In this document: one piece after another, positions 42,611 to 52,848 of the stretch | Layout of the letters: every line of letters begins with the position of its first letter | Numbering within the stretch: position 1 is the stretch's first letter | DNA from: a virus | Virus record (IMG/VR): IMGVR_UViG_3300042197_002946 | Span: 86,337-150,336 of that record | Strand: one strand, 5' to 3' | DNA: 64,000 nucleotides | Notes under the pieces: generated by a model | Database searches by the model: none | Told to the model about the DNA's origin: nothing | What the model saw: only the letters and a program-made list of their open reading frames with translations | Position numbers and translations under genes: made by a program

Positions 42611-44042
42611 CTATAATAAATCCATTTGACGGTTTTTCTTTACTTCCATTACTAATGAGTTCTAATCTAGTCTTGCCTTCTGTAATTTTAGCACACCAGC
42701 CCTTCATATGACAATTAATATAGTCATTATCATCTAATCCTCCACCGTGCCTGCTAATTAGAGGAACGAGCTTTCTATTACCATTACTAGGACCGTCTTC
42801 AGCAATTTCTTCATCTGACTTCCGCTTAAAGATTGTAAAGTTACTACACAACCAAATAATTCTATCTGATCCTGATGCAGTATCCGTGCTTTCTTTGGTA
42901 ATTCCATCTCGGTTCAACTGCACAAAAGCAACAATAGGTACTTTATATTTTGTTGCAAAATTATGGAGGGAGGTCATCATAAATCCTAGAACTTGATATT
43001 CTTTCATGTCCTGAGAGATACCAGCAGAGTCCATTAGTTTCAGATAGTCGTAGAATATTACGCAATCCTTGGCGGTTCCATCATCATTCAGTCCCACCTC
43101 TTTCATAACCCATCGTCGCATAATAGCCAATTGCTCCTCAAATGACTTACCTGCTATGGATTTATAATATAGTTTGGTTTGTTTTAACTTTTCTACAGCT
43201 TCCGTAATCTTAGTCTTTTTGTCTATTGTTTCAGCAAAAGCTCCTGTTTCGATAGTATTGATTTCTATTTCAGTCATCATGGCCATGACTCTGTGTAGAT
43301 GGTCTTCTTTGGTCATTTCAGTATCCATATTCAATACTGGTATACCATTACTAGCTATATGAAATCCCATGTTGTCCGATAACAAGGTTTTACCAACCTT
43401 TGGCCTAGCAGCAATCACATTTACTGTACTCTTACGCAATCCTCCGCCAATAGCTTGATCATAAATTTTAAATCCAGTAGAAATACCAACCTGATCAATT
43501 TTGTGCTCTTCTAGGTATTTGATATATTCGTCTAGATTGGTACCAATAGATTCTGGACCACTTTCGCTATCGTTGAGCCTATTAGTAAAATCAAAAACAA
43601 CATCCTCTGCGATGCTTAGGATAGAAGTAACAGTTTCTGAACCATTAATATCTAATATTTTGTCTTGGGCAATTTTAAGCTGTTTATGAAGCAGACGCGC
43701 TATATCTAGTTTCTTGATTTTGGCAGCAAATTTACGAATATTGTCAAGGCTAACTGGAAAATCCATAATAGCTTTGAGATGCTGCGCCTCTTCTTTTTTA
43801 GACAAAACGTGTGCTAGATCTAATTCTTGAGCAGATGAGATTATGGAGGCTATGTCTATCTCTGTGGAGTGCCCCTTATCAAATAGGTGTTTGAGACACT
43901 TATAGATAATTATATTACTATCAATAGTAAAACAAGTTTCCGATAAGATGTCCGAGACTTCGTAAAACGCCTTATCAGAATACGCACAAATACCAGCCAG
44001 TACAGCTCTTTCTGCTGCCGGATCACACAGGATCATACTCAA
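42576..44042 (-). CDS. dnaB: Replicative DNA helicase
   Basis: AERAVLA N-terminal domain, GISTG, AARPKVGKT Walker A, TEM, FYDYL, QLNR. Confidence 0.93.
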   Translation of the reverse strand: MSMILCDPAAERAVLAGICAYSDKAFYEVSDILSETCFTIDSNIIIYKCLKHLFDKGHSTEIDIASIISSAQELDLAHVLSKKEEAQHLKAIMDFPVSLDNIRKFAAKIKKLDIARLLHKQLKIAQDKILDINGSETVTSILSIAEDVVFDFTNRLNDSESGPESIGTNLDEYIKYLEEHKIDQVGISTGFKIYDQAIGGGLRKSTVNVIAARPKVGKTLLSDNMGFHIASNGIPVLNMDTEMTKEDHLHRVMAMMTEIEINTIETGAFAETIDKKTKITEAVEKLKQTKLYYKSIAGKSFEEQLAIMRRWVMKEVGLNDDGTAKDCVIFYDYLKLMDSAGISQDMKEYQVLGFMMTSLHNFATKYKVPIVAFVQLNRDGITKESTDTASGSDRIIWLCSNFTIFKRKSDEEIAEDGPSNGNRKLVPLISRHGGGLDDNDYINCHMKGWCAKITEGKTRLELISNGSKEKPSNGFIIDENNDEEISFV

Positions 44043-44470
44043 TTTATTACTTCCTTTGCAGTGTTTTCAAGTGTTGATGTAAATTTTCTAAAAAATGCTT
44101 CTATATATTCTTTGATTTCATTTTGATTAGCTAGTGGTACATGATAGGTCTTGATAAATAATTCATTATGATTAACTATTTCTCCCGAATTATTTTTCTC
44201 AAATACAGAACAATTTACATTAAATACCAATTCCACGGGACTATCCAATAGAGAGCCGCCGTTTTGTATTTCATCATATTGATGAATAGCTTCATACTCT
44301 ATGTGCTCTATGGTCTCATCTACCGAAGGATTGGTTTGTCCCTCATGGTAGTGTATATCGTCAGTTCCCTGAAGTTTATTGTATTCGGCTTCTGTAATTT
44401 TAGCATAGAGCTTGAGAAGCAGTAGTCTTTCGTCTTCTGATAATGATGATATTAATTTGTCGTCGATCAT
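44039..44470 (-). CDS. Hypothetical protein
   Basis: Likely start at ATG 44470 (AGGA RBS), avoiding overlap with the upstream gene. Confidence 0.55.
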   Translation of the reverse strand: MIDDKLISSLSEDERLLLLKLYAKITEAEYNKLQGTDDIHYHEGQTNPSVDETIEHIEYEAIHQYDEIQNGGSLLDSPVELVFNVNCSVFEKNNSGEIVNHNELFIKTYHVPLANQNEIKEYIEAFFRKFTSTLENTAKEVIN

Positions 44471-44474
44471 TGGG

Positions 44475-44861
44475 TTATCCTGCGTTAGTAGAACATGTAT
44501 TACACTTATATCGACCTCGACTCTCTGAGGCAAGTGACGCTGCCACTGTTTCTTGTTTTCCGCAAACTCTGCAAGTAACGCTGATTAGATTGGCGTCTCT
44601 CTGTCTTGCTGTGGGAGGATGAACCTGTAAAAGCTTATCTATTTGAGTATCTTCTTTATGCATCTTGGCTTCTGGCATGCTTAGAAACTTATTGACAAAA
44701 GTTTTCTTGTTTTGTTTAGCTTTTTTGGTTTTAATTGCGTTCTCTGGCACATCATACTCACCATCTTCGGGCTGGGAGGATTGAGAGGGTAGGAGAGAGC
44801 TTAGTAGATTAATTAATGCTTTTATTTGATCAGGATTTTTTGCTAATTCGTTAAGATCCAT
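44475..44861 (-). CDS. Hypothetical protein with a C-terminal zinc ribbon
   Basis: CRVC...CNTC. Confidence 0.6.
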   Translation of the reverse strand: MDLNELAKNPDQIKALINLLSSLLPSQSSQPEDGEYDVPENAIKTKKAKQNKKTFVNKFLSMPEAKMHKEDTQIDKLLQVHPPTARQRDANLISVTCRVCGKQETVAASLASESRGRYKCNTCSTNAG

Positions 44862-45333
44862 GTTTCACCTTTGTTTTTTGCACTGATAGTAGGATATCTG
44901 AAAGATTCTTAATATTGGTGGCCAAATAAGACAGTCTATCACTTCTTTGTTTAGCGTATTTCTTTATTTTATTAAGTGACGATGCTTTATCATTATGTTT
45001 TATTGCTTGTAGAGATTTTTCTATATACCCATAGCCTTTATAATTATTGATATCATCAGCTATTGTTTCCTTAATAGACTCATCTGCCCAATTATATCTT
45101 GCAAGCTCTCGATTAATGGTGCGTTGAATATGGAAAGCAAACTGCCCAAGCCTATATGATATTTGCGCACAGTCTTCGGGAGTCAATTTTTCTATATGAT
45201 CTCTATTCATAGAAAAGTATAAATTTAATTCCTCCTCTGGAATAATTTGAGCACTATACTTGCCCAAACCAATACTAGACTCGTATTCATCTAGCACCTT
45301 ATCCCATTCTTCAACTTGATTTTTTGTGTTCAT
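44851..45333 (-). CDS. Coiled-coil protein, possibly a UvsY-like recombination mediator
   Basis: All-helical, near recA. Function is inference only. Confidence 0.35.
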   Translation of the reverse strand: MNTKNQVEEWDKVLDEYESSIGLGKYSAQIIPEEELNLYFSMNRDHIEKLTPEDCAQISYRLGQFAFHIQRTINRELARYNWADESIKETIADDINNYKGYGYIEKSLQAIKHNDKASSLNKIKKYAKQRSDRLSYLATNIKNLSDILLSVQKTKVKHGS

Positions 45334-45736
45334 GTCCTTTAATCCTTGCTATCCATTCCTCGTCTGTTTCATTATATGGCAATGCTATGTATTGGATATT
45401 ATTGATTTTGCACCATTCAGCTTTCTCTCTATCTCTACGCTGATGTTTGAGAAAGCCTAATTTAGTGTGATGATAATGACCTATAAATTTATAGTGCTGT
45501 TCACCATGAGTTTCTATGCATGTTTTTTTAAGAGGCAAATAAAAATCTAGGTACAGTGTCTCTGATCTACGCAAAGGAATAGAAATTTCTTCCAATACTT
45601 GCAGTGTTGGATAAAGTTGACCTATTAGAGTCCTTGCTCTTAAATGCAAAGATGATTTATTTTGCTGTTTAGCATGAGCAATATTGCCAACTAAAGTCCA
45701 ATTATGTTCATTATTGTCTAAGTCTACTATTAACAT
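45311..45736 (-). CDS. DUF559/Vsr-like endonuclease
   Basis: LYLDFYLP...IETHGEQHY...RD..K..WC. Confidence 0.75.
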   Translation of the reverse strand: MLIVDLDNNEHNWTLVGNIAHAKQQNKSSLHLRARTLIGQLYPTLQVLEEISIPLRRSETLYLDFYLPLKKTCIETHGEQHYKFIGHYHHTKLGFLKHQRRDREKAEWCKINNIQYIALPYNETDEEWIARIKGHEHKKSS

Positions 45737-46752
45737 TTGATACCGATAGTGTTTTTAACGTCTTGGTAGAGCTTATCATAAGCTTGGGGATTATCTAATA
45801 AATATTGTCTAACTTTTTCCGTGCCTTGCAACTTAGGCTTATCTCCATCAATAAAATCCAGAGTATACCACGCCCCTCCTTTATTTATAAGACCCATATC
45901 ACACGCCAAGGTAATGAGTTCCATATGTTTATCTATACCATAGCCATATCTTATATAGCTAGTAATATTTCCGCCAGGAGGACCTAAGGCGGAACATAGT
46001 ACTTGCCATTCTACTTCCTGTCCTATCTGTGTTGCTTCTGTTCCCACTGTCCACGGCTTGAATGATTTGGCTCGTAGCTTAATGTCTGTCTGATAGGCTA
46101 TAGCCTGCCCACTTTTTTCTTTAAATTCTGCTCCGTATCCTGTGGGATTACCCATAAGATGAGTAATACCTATTACGATGTTCCTATTCACAGGAATAAC
46201 ATTAGCTACCTTACGACAGAATTTTGCCAACAGCTTGGCTCCATCTGCTCGTTGCATTTTGTCCATATCACTAGTAATTTCAGCCTCTGTACATAAAGCA
46301 GAATATGAATCTATTATTAATACAGATCCTGGTTCTTCGTTGATGATTCTTTCTGCAATCTGAAGATATTCTTCTGCATGTAAAATTTTCCCTTCTTGAG
46401 AGCCTATTACACTAAAGCGAGTTAGATCTAGATTGGGTATTCCCTCTAGGTCTCTCTTCTTTAATCTTCCTTCTATATTTAGATAATAAACATGTCTGGG
46501 TTTTTTAAGATCTCCTTTGTATAGTTCATTTTGTGCTGTAGCAGAAAAAGTTAATGCAGAGGTTGTTTTACCGCATTTCGGCTGACCAGTAAAGACTACA
46601 AAACTACCCTCTGGAATACCTCCACTTAAGATCATATCCAAGGCAGGACTTACTGGTATAACGATGGACTCTTTGTCTACAATAGCATTACCAGATAGAA
46701 TTACATTAGAACCAAAAGTCTTTGCTATATCTTCTTTAAGTGCCATCATCAA
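45730..46752 (-). CDS. recA: RecA/UvsX-like recombinase
   Basis: LD..LSGGIP.G, GQPKCGKTT Walker A, IIDS Walker B, GAWY. Confidence 0.88.
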   Translation of the reverse strand: MMMALKEDIAKTFGSNVILSGNAIVDKESIVIPVSPALDMILSGGIPEGSFVVFTGQPKCGKTTSALTFSATAQNELYKGDLKKPRHVYYLNIEGRLKKRDLEGIPNLDLTRFSVIGSQEGKILHAEEYLQIAERIINEEPGSVLIIDSYSALCTEAEITSDMDKMQRADGAKLLAKFCRKVANVIPVNRNIVIGITHLMGNPTGYGAEFKEKSGQAIAYQTDIKLRAKSFKPWTVGTEATQIGQEVEWQVLCSALGPPGGNITSYIRYGYGIDKHMELITLACDMGLINKGGAWYTLDFIDGDKPKLQGTEKVRQYLLDNPQAYDKLYQDVKNTIGIKC

Positions 46753-47164
46753 TATCCTTTAATTTAGAAAGAAGCGAGTTGGAGGTGTTTCTTATTTGTC
46801 TATAGGTATTTTTATCTGACCTATCCAAAGGTCTGGAGATCTCTTTATTTTCGGTTTGCAATTTCTGGTCTTCTTGCTCTATAATACTTAGTAAATGAGG
46901 TGCTCGCAGGGAATATATTTTTGCAGCTTTCGAGCTATTCAGAGCCCTTACTATGGCTCTAGCGTCGTATTTCTTTACTAATTTATTAGCAGTAGCAATT
47001 TGGTTACGATAATATGCAGACCATTTTTTACTTAGCCAAAATCGCGCATGTAAATCTTCTTTGGATAGTTTAGCTTTTTTCTCACATATTAGTTCTGTAA
47101 TATATTGAGCAGCTGATACTGTTTTTCCATTGGAGTACTTGGACGGAAACTGATTGTTATTCAT
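46736..47164 (-). CDS. Hypothetical basic protein
   Basis: 142 aa, in the overlapping chain. Confidence 0.6.
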   Translation of the reverse strand: MNNNQFPSKYSNGKTVSAAQYITELICEKKAKLSKEDLHARFWLSKKWSAYYRNQIATANKLVKKYDARAIVRALNSSKAAKIYSLRAPHLLSIIEQEDQKLQTENKEISRPLDRSDKNTYRQIRNTSNSLLSKLKDIDDGT

Positions 47165-47502
47165 TGGTCTCTGTTTGGTCGAAACACACCCTTCATTTCC
47201 TTGTTCTTGGGCACTAGTTTAGATCTGGCGGCATCATGTACCTCTGACGCCTCTTTAGTCATAATAGCAACAGACTTGCTTTTCTTGGCTGAGGTCTGAT
47301 TAATCATAAGGTTAGGATACTTCCCTACCTTAGATGTTGCAACAGGGATATTTGTATCGGATCCTGCACTAGCTTGTTTTTCTATAACAGACGATACTTG
47401 TTTAGTAGTTATGCCTAACTCTTTAGCTATTTGTTCAATCGATTGTCCCTGGCTATTAAGCCAATGTACCGCATAAGTATTTGATTTGCTCAGCTTGGCC
47501 AT
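47161..47502 (-). CDS. HTH-domain protein
   Basis: GQSIEQIAKELGITTKQVSSVI. Confidence 0.65.
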   Translation of the reverse strand: MAKLSKSNTYAVHWLNSQGQSIEQIAKELGITTKQVSSVIEKQASAGSDTNIPVATSKVGKYPNLMINQTSAKKSKSVAIMTKEASEVHDAARSKLVPKNKEMKGVFRPNRDQ

Positions 47503-47891
47503 TATTGCATCTCTCTTTCTGTATTAAGTAACCATGAAACATTTTTTGTGCGTAAAAAGTTCAAATAGGCGTTAAACGCATTTTGGTTAACGGTAATAAA
47601 TTTAGATGTGGGTCTAGTTTGATCTTTTCCTCTATATGCTGCCCTGTCTCCATATACTGATGCTGGATTGTATGGCTTATACATATGATCAACTCTAATC
47701 ATTAGCTTTTTTGTAGAGTCTTCTCTATACAATACTTTGGCTAGAGTTTTAGCGCTATCTTCACTGTCTGATCGATAGTTATGACTATCGTCAACAAAAT
47801 CATGCTCATCGATAAACGCATAATATTCATTCTCATTGGCTGAGACAGCCTTAGCTCTTTGAAAAATAAAATTGTTTACTTTCTTACTCAT
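47502..47891 (-). CDS. Hypothetical protein, paralogue of 47888-48286
   Basis: Shares KP.NP.S and KFI.VNQ..F..YL.FL.TKN..WL...ERE with its neighbour. Start moved to ATG 47891 (ATGA overlap). Confidence 0.65.
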   Translation of the reverse strand: MSKKVNNFIFQRAKAVSANENEYYAFIDEHDFVDDSHNYRSDSEDSAKTLAKVLYREDSTKKLMIRVDHMYKPYNPASVYGDRAAYRGKDQTRPTSKFITVNQNAFNAYLNFLRTKNVSWLLNTEREMQ

Positions 47892-48286
47892 ATCACTTCT
47901 CTTTCTAGGTCTACTAGCCATCTAGTGTTTTTTGTCTTCAAGAATTCTAAATATTTTTGAAATACGGCTTGATTAACCTCTATAAATTTGGATCCTCCCT
48001 TGCATACCTTATTTACAAATTTATTAGGCTCAGGTATGGTTTCATTACTAATAGGATTGAATGGCTTATTGGATGCATTGACGCAGATATAAAATCTAAA
48101 TTGACTATTGGCTCCAAATGTTTTGGTTAATTTATTACGCAAACACTTGGCATATACTTTGTCAGAATTGTGATTGTTAACCCTTGGAAATCCATCTTCA
48201 TCCAAAAAATCATGATTACCATTTAGAGTATAATATTCACTAATACCATCAGTATTAGAAATATTATGAATTGCGTTTTTTCTCAT
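47888..48286 (-). CDS. Hypothetical protein, paralogue of 47502-47891
   Basis: Same shared motifs; start moved to ATG 48286. Confidence 0.65.
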   Translation of the reverse strand: MRKNAIHNISNTDGISEYYTLNGNHDFLDEDGFPRVNNHNSDKVYAKCLRNKLTKTFGANSQFRFYICVNASNKPFNPISNETIPEPNKFVNKVCKGGSKFIEVNQAVFQKYLEFLKTKNTRWLVDLEREVI

Positions 48287-48662
48287 GAAGTTTTCTTTTC
48301 TTTTTAATAGGCTTATCAGTCCATTTGGTTTTAACACCCCGTTGTATCCGCGACATTCCTTTTGGTAATTCTACATTAGGTTCAGAATCTTTGTAGGAAT
48401 TATGCTTATTATATAAAGCTAGTTTTTCATCATCTGATAACTTATCTCTATTCCTATTTGCGAGATCTCCTATGGTTCTTAGTTCTGAGTCCGATTTTTT
48501 AACACTAGTGTTGATAGTCATAGCATCTTCTACATACAGTCTACGGGTATGCTTGTTGTGACTGCATTCGTCGCATTTAGGAGATTCTTCATATTTTGAG
48601 TAGGTAAAAAATAACTCAAATTTATGCTTGCACTTGTCACATATATAAGAATAGACAGGCAT
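48264..48662 (-). CDS. FmdB-family zinc-ribbon protein
   Basis: MPVYSYICDKC.H.FE...CDEC. Start at ATG 48662 (TAATG overlap). Confidence 0.8.
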   Translation of the reverse strand: MPVYSYICDKCKHKFELFFTYSKYEESPKCDECSHNKHTRRLYVEDAMTINTSVKKSDSELRTIGDLANRNRDKLSDDEKLALYNKHNSYKDSEPNVELPKGMSRIQRGVKTKWTDKPIKKKRKLHEKKRNS

Positions 48663-49243
48663 TACTGATACGATCCTGGTATGTAGTAAATCCATTCAGA
48701 GGGAATATCGTTCTTTATCTTAGAGAGATAGGACACTATTGGCAAGTAGGTTTCGTTTTTTTTAGGTACGATTGGTAGATTTTTAATAGGCATTCCTGCT
48801 TGCGTAGGTGTTTTATTGCCCTTTTTTCTATTGCACTTAATACAAGCCGTGACTATATTGGTCCAGCATGTTGGAGATGATCTATCGTCCGACCACCTAG
48901 ATTTAGGTATAACATGGTCATATGTTAAATCTGCTAGATCTTTTTTATATCCACAATATTGGCATGTAAAATTATCTCTGATAAAAAGATTTTTTCTAGA
49001 AAATTTAACCTCATGATGAAAAATTTTGAGATATCTTACAGTCCGAGCTACTGCTGGAATAGGATGTTTTTTATTGTTAGTCCCTAGTATATGATCATCT
49101 TTATAAAAGTCTAGTATCTCTATTCCTATCTTGGAATTATAAAGATTCCTGGTAGATAAGACTATAGCTCTCTGCCAACCAATGACAGTTAGCAGAGAGT
49201 AGTCTGAATTAAGAATTAAACAATGCTTATGATCCGTGTCCAT
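48662..49243 (-). CDS. HNH endonuclease (McrA-like)
   Basis: RDNFTCQYCG...TYDHVIPKS...NIVTACIKCNRKKG. Confidence 0.9.
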   Translation of the reverse strand: MDTDHKHCLILNSDYSLLTVIGWQRAIVLSTRNLYNSKIGIEILDFYKDDHILGTNNKKHPIPAVARTVRYLKIFHHEVKFSRKNLFIRDNFTCQYCGYKKDLADLTYDHVIPKSRWSDDRSSPTCWTNIVTACIKCNRKKGNKTPTQAGMPIKNLPIVPKKNETYLPIVSYLSKIKNDIPSEWIYYIPGSYQ

Positions 49244-49964
49244 TTTGTTCTATCGCATCAAGCCTATACAAAATCTTTTCGATAATAGGATTTCTTACAA
49301 TATCACTATAATCTAACTGTGCTATCCCTACCCCAGCTATATCCGTTAATGCATTGGTGATCGTAGCAAAACCTCCACGAGCATTTCTTAATAAGTCCGA
49401 TTGACTAGTGTCCCCCGTTAAAACCATTTTACTATCCAAACCAATTCTGGTTAATAACATTTTAAGCTGATCATACGAAGCATTTTGGCATTCATCTGCT
49501 ACAATAAAGGTATTATGAAAATTGCGACCTCTCATTAGTCCTAGAGGCACAACTTCTATACGATTATTAGTTTTATGAGCATTATACTCACCAGAGGAAA
49601 TAAAATAGTTGATTTCATCTAGAATAGGCAGTAGGTACGGATGCAGTTTTTCTTCCGCTGTTCCTGGTAAATATCCAATCTTTTCTCCTGACTCTACTAC
49701 TGGTCTAGTGATTACAATTTTTTTTACTTTTTCATCTGATAAGTATTCCAATGCCATGCCTATAGCAATATGCGTCTTACCGCTTCCTGCTACGCCATGA
49801 CACAATGTTATACTATTTTCTGCTATGGTTCTAATATATTCTTGCTGATTTTTACTTCTTGGTTTTAGTCGGTTTCTAAATCCATAAGTAATAGCCGGGG
49901 CATCTATGGGGTTTGTTAAGTCTATAGCACCTCTACGCTTTTTTGTGTTTTTATTTTTTCTCAA
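49227..49964 (-). CDS. phoH: PhoH-like ATPase
   Basis: GVAGSGKT, ITRP.VE.GE.IGYLPG, MRGR, DECQN, LTRIG, GDTSQSD. TTG start with a GAGG RBS. Confidence 0.93.
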   Translation of the reverse strand: MRKNKNTKKRRGAIDLTNPIDAPAITYGFRNRLKPRSKNQQEYIRTIAENSITLCHGVAGSGKTHIAIGMALEYLSDEKVKKIVITRPVVESGEKIGYLPGTAEEKLHPYLLPILDEINYFISSGEYNAHKTNNRIEVVPLGLMRGRNFHNTFIVADECQNASYDQLKMLLTRIGLDSKMVLTGDTSQSDLLRNARGGFATITNALTDIAGVGIAQLDYSDIVRNPIIEKILYRLDAIEQNGHGS

Positions 49965-49989
49965 CGTATTTACCTCTAGGAGTAAGAAA

Positions 49990-52182
49990 TTAAATTAGAC
50001 ATGCGCCGCCAGCACAACTAATTTCCTCAATTCCTAGTGTATTATCCTCTGTTTCCAGTAGTTGTGTATAATCTACTTTATTGAAACCGTTAAATAAATC
50101 GCAGTAAACTTTCCAATTATATACATCCTTCATACAGTATGTTAGTCTTTTAACATCACTATCGAAATATTTGCCAGCAAAATTTTTCATTTTGGTAACA
50201 AATTTGAGTTTATCTTGATGATCCGTCTCTTTTGCTTGGTTCATAGAAACATAATCACAAGCCGCCCACAGATTATTGTCAAAAGCATTAATACCAAGCT
50301 CGATCAATCCAGAACACCATAATGCAGCGTCTCCGTACTCTTTAACTATTTCTCTACTAGTATAAACAGTAGTAAATGGAGCCTGAGGATAGTCCTTATC
50401 TCCACTTTGAGGGATGAGAGATATACCAGCAAAATATTTGCGATTCTGATAAATATATTTCTTAACTTCATCCCATTCATCAGGCTTCACGGTTACTGTA
50501 TTACTAACATTATGACTTAGATACTGTTGAGTACATAACGATCTATTCTTTCCAGAATAAACCCAGTTCTTCTGGGTGTCTTTTACAATAGCTAACATTT
50601 CTATAGCTGGTAATTGATTCTTTAGCTTTGCCCCGTCTGGTACTTCTATGGGGAATTTAATAACCTCATCGGTATTGTTGGCAGACCATGAGGATTTTTC
50701 ACAAGCCTGAGGGTTTACTTTCTTAAAGTGCTGATAGGGGGCTTCTAATACGTTGGCTTGTACATGGCGTATATATCGTTTGGCATGATGGGGATGGATG
50801 CCTGAGCTTGTGCCTAGCATACTCGAAGAGGTTCCTTCCGGTTTGAGACACGTGACCCTAGCCGCTTGATTAATGTTAAGCTTGGCAGCAAACTCTTTAT
50901 TGGTTTCTACCGCAATTTTAGCTCCATTTTTCAAAACCTTTTCTGTTAATACAAGATCATGCTTTTCCATAATACCCGTTAGAGATACTCCTAGCAGAGC
51001 TTCTCTTTCAAAGATTTTTTTACTAATATCTCCCAGATAATCAAGATCTGTAAAGCCTGCTTGTAAAGTTCCAATAATTGCAGCTGCTCTACATCTTTCA
51101 TAGAAATCTTCTTCGTCTACAACACTAGAACAATTAATAGTCGAAAGATTGCAACCTTGCCAACCGCTCTTACCGCTTTCTTCGTCAACAGGCCACATAC
51201 CTACTTCTACACATGGATTAAAAGTCATCTCTGTAGAATCGCTCCAAATAAATCCAGGTTCTCCGAATTCTTTGACGCTTTCCATCAATTGAGAAAATTC
51301 TTCAAATGTTGTTTCTTCTTTGAGTAGTAATGCTGAATTATTACTACGAGCCCTTTGCGGATTTTCTATGTACCAGTTACCTGTTTTGGCTTTGGCCATC
51401 TCATCATCGTCAGCACTAAATAGTGCAAGGGATGCGCTTCTACGAACTCCCCCAGATAATACTGCATCACTACTAAACATCACAATATCATAGGCATCTA
51501 TAGGCCGTAGTTTCTTTTGACCATTAGAGATGCAGCGATCCAATAGGGCTCTAATTTTTTCCAGACCTTTAGCTAATGGCTCAAAACCTGGGGCCTTGCC
51601 CACGCCAGAGCTTAGAGAAGACCCCTTAGTTCTAATTTGAGAATAATCGAAGACTACATAAGAGTTTTTATATTGTTTAAATTCTTCTATCGGTTTACTA
51701 AAATATGAGCTTAATAGCACTCCCAATGCATCCGACCAACCCTCGATACTATCCTCTACGATATATTTTTGACCTTCTTCTGCTGGAGGATCGTGTTCTA
51801 GGGTGGGAAGTTTGGCTACGTGATGCTTTTGAACACTGAAGCCAGTACCACTGCCACATAATAATAACCAAAAACACTCTTGGAAAAAGCGTAAACGATC
51901 ACAATATGAGCTAGTACAATTATAGATTTTAGCATGGCGCTTGAGAATTGGTTCGCCGCCAAATTGCAAAGCCCTTTGACTCCCCAATACTTTCTTTTTA
52001 TGCATTATATCATAGGCCCAATCAATATCCCCAGACACCCCAAAAGCATCATACTTGATATGCATCATATTGCGCACTCTATCAACCGCTTCTTTCCATG
52101 TTTCTCTGCGATTTTTGTCTTCTAGCCAACGAGCATATTTACTAACAAAAGTATAATTCTGTAATTCTTGCAGAGCGGACAT
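49990..52182 (-). CDS. nrdJ: Class II (adenosylcobalamin-dependent) ribonucleotide reductase
   Basis: YNC, G.GTGFSV, GGVRRSA, NPCVE, CNL, KPEGT, HNVS.TV, C-terminal CAGGAC. No beta subunit nearby. Confidence 0.9.
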   Translation of the reverse strand: MSALQELQNYTFVSKYARWLEDKNRRETWKEAVDRVRNMMHIKYDAFGVSGDIDWAYDIMHKKKVLGSQRALQFGGEPILKRHAKIYNCTSSYCDRLRFFQECFWLLLCGSGTGFSVQKHHVAKLPTLEHDPPAEEGQKYIVEDSIEGWSDALGVLLSSYFSKPIEEFKQYKNSYVVFDYSQIRTKGSSLSSGVGKAPGFEPLAKGLEKIRALLDRCISNGQKKLRPIDAYDIVMFSSDAVLSGGVRRSASLALFSADDDEMAKAKTGNWYIENPQRARSNNSALLLKEETTFEEFSQLMESVKEFGEPGFIWSDSTEMTFNPCVEVGMWPVDEESGKSGWQGCNLSTINCSSVVDEEDFYERCRAAAIIGTLQAGFTDLDYLGDISKKIFEREALLGVSLTGIMEKHDLVLTEKVLKNGAKIAVETNKEFAAKLNINQAARVTCLKPEGTSSSMLGTSSGIHPHHAKRYIRHVQANVLEAPYQHFKKVNPQACEKSSWSANNTDEVIKFPIEVPDGAKLKNQLPAIEMLAIVKDTQKNWVYSGKNRSLCTQQYLSHNVSNTVTVKPDEWDEVKKYIYQNRKYFAGISLIPQSGDKDYPQAPFTTVYTSREIVKEYGDAALWCSGLIELGINAFDNNLWAACDYVSMNQAKETDHQDKLKFVTKMKNFAGKYFDSDVKRLTYCMKDVYNWKVYCDLFNGFNKVDYTQLLETEDNTLGIEEISCAGGACLI

Positions 52183-52307
52183 ATTTTCTCCTTGATATTA
52201 ATACTATTAGAAGCTGACGATCATCGTGATAAGGGCATCAGCGGTAAAAAGAATGGTATACATACGATATTGATAATGATTGAGTATCAATTGATTTTTC
52301 AGATGCT

Positions 52308-52775
52308 CTATAATACACCAGACAGGGTATCTAGCCAAGATAGATCTGGTTGAATTTTTTCTATTTCTATACAACTCATCTTCACAAATAAATCAAATCT
52401 TTTCTTGGCTTCGTCATCGAATAAATGTGTTCCATGTTGATCAGACATAACTACTTTCGTCACTCCTTCTTGCCACAAGGCCATAATACAATCATTACAA
52501 CTCTGCCCTGTTACATAAGCTATTCCATTATCTGGTCGAACCACACAATTACTTAAAGCATTTCTTTCAGCATGAATCATCCAAGGATATTTTTCTGGTC
52601 GCGAAGTTGGTAGTTGAGTATCATCCAATCCTCGCGGAAAACCGTTATACCCCACACCCAGAATACGATTGTGTCGATCTGTTATAATGCAGCCGTGTTG
52701 GGTGTGTATGTCGTGACTTCTTTTAGAAACGGCTTTGGCTAATCCTAAGAAATAATTATTCCATGAAGGGCGCAT
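52308..52775 (-). CDS. dCMP deaminase
   Basis: RP.W..YF, GYNG.P.G, HAE.NA, CNDC. Confidence 0.9.
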   Translation of the reverse strand: MRPSWNNYFLGLAKAVSKRSHDIHTQHGCIITDRHNRILGVGYNGFPRGLDDTQLPTSRPEKYPWMIHAERNALSNCVVRPDNGIAYVTGQSCNDCIMALWQEGVTKVVMSDQHGTHLFDDEAKKRFDLFVKMSCIEIEKIQPDLSWLDTLSGVL

Positions 52776-52811
52776 AAAATCCTTAATGTTCGACTACAAC
52801 GTGACGATATC

Positions 52812-52840
52812 ATTGTAACCTAGACTTCACGACTAGTCAA
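52812..52840 (-). promoter_or_regulatory. Sigma70-type promoter for the nucleotide-metabolism/replication operon
   Basis: TTGACT-N17-TACAAT on the minus strand, upstream of the dCMP deaminase. Confidence 0.7.
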
Positions 52841-52848
52841 GACACTGT

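Noticed and set aside
52183-52307. Cobalamin riboswitch or Fur box upstream of nrdJ
   Set aside because: B12-element consensus segments are not visible, and only one half-site (GATAATGAT) resembles a Fur box.
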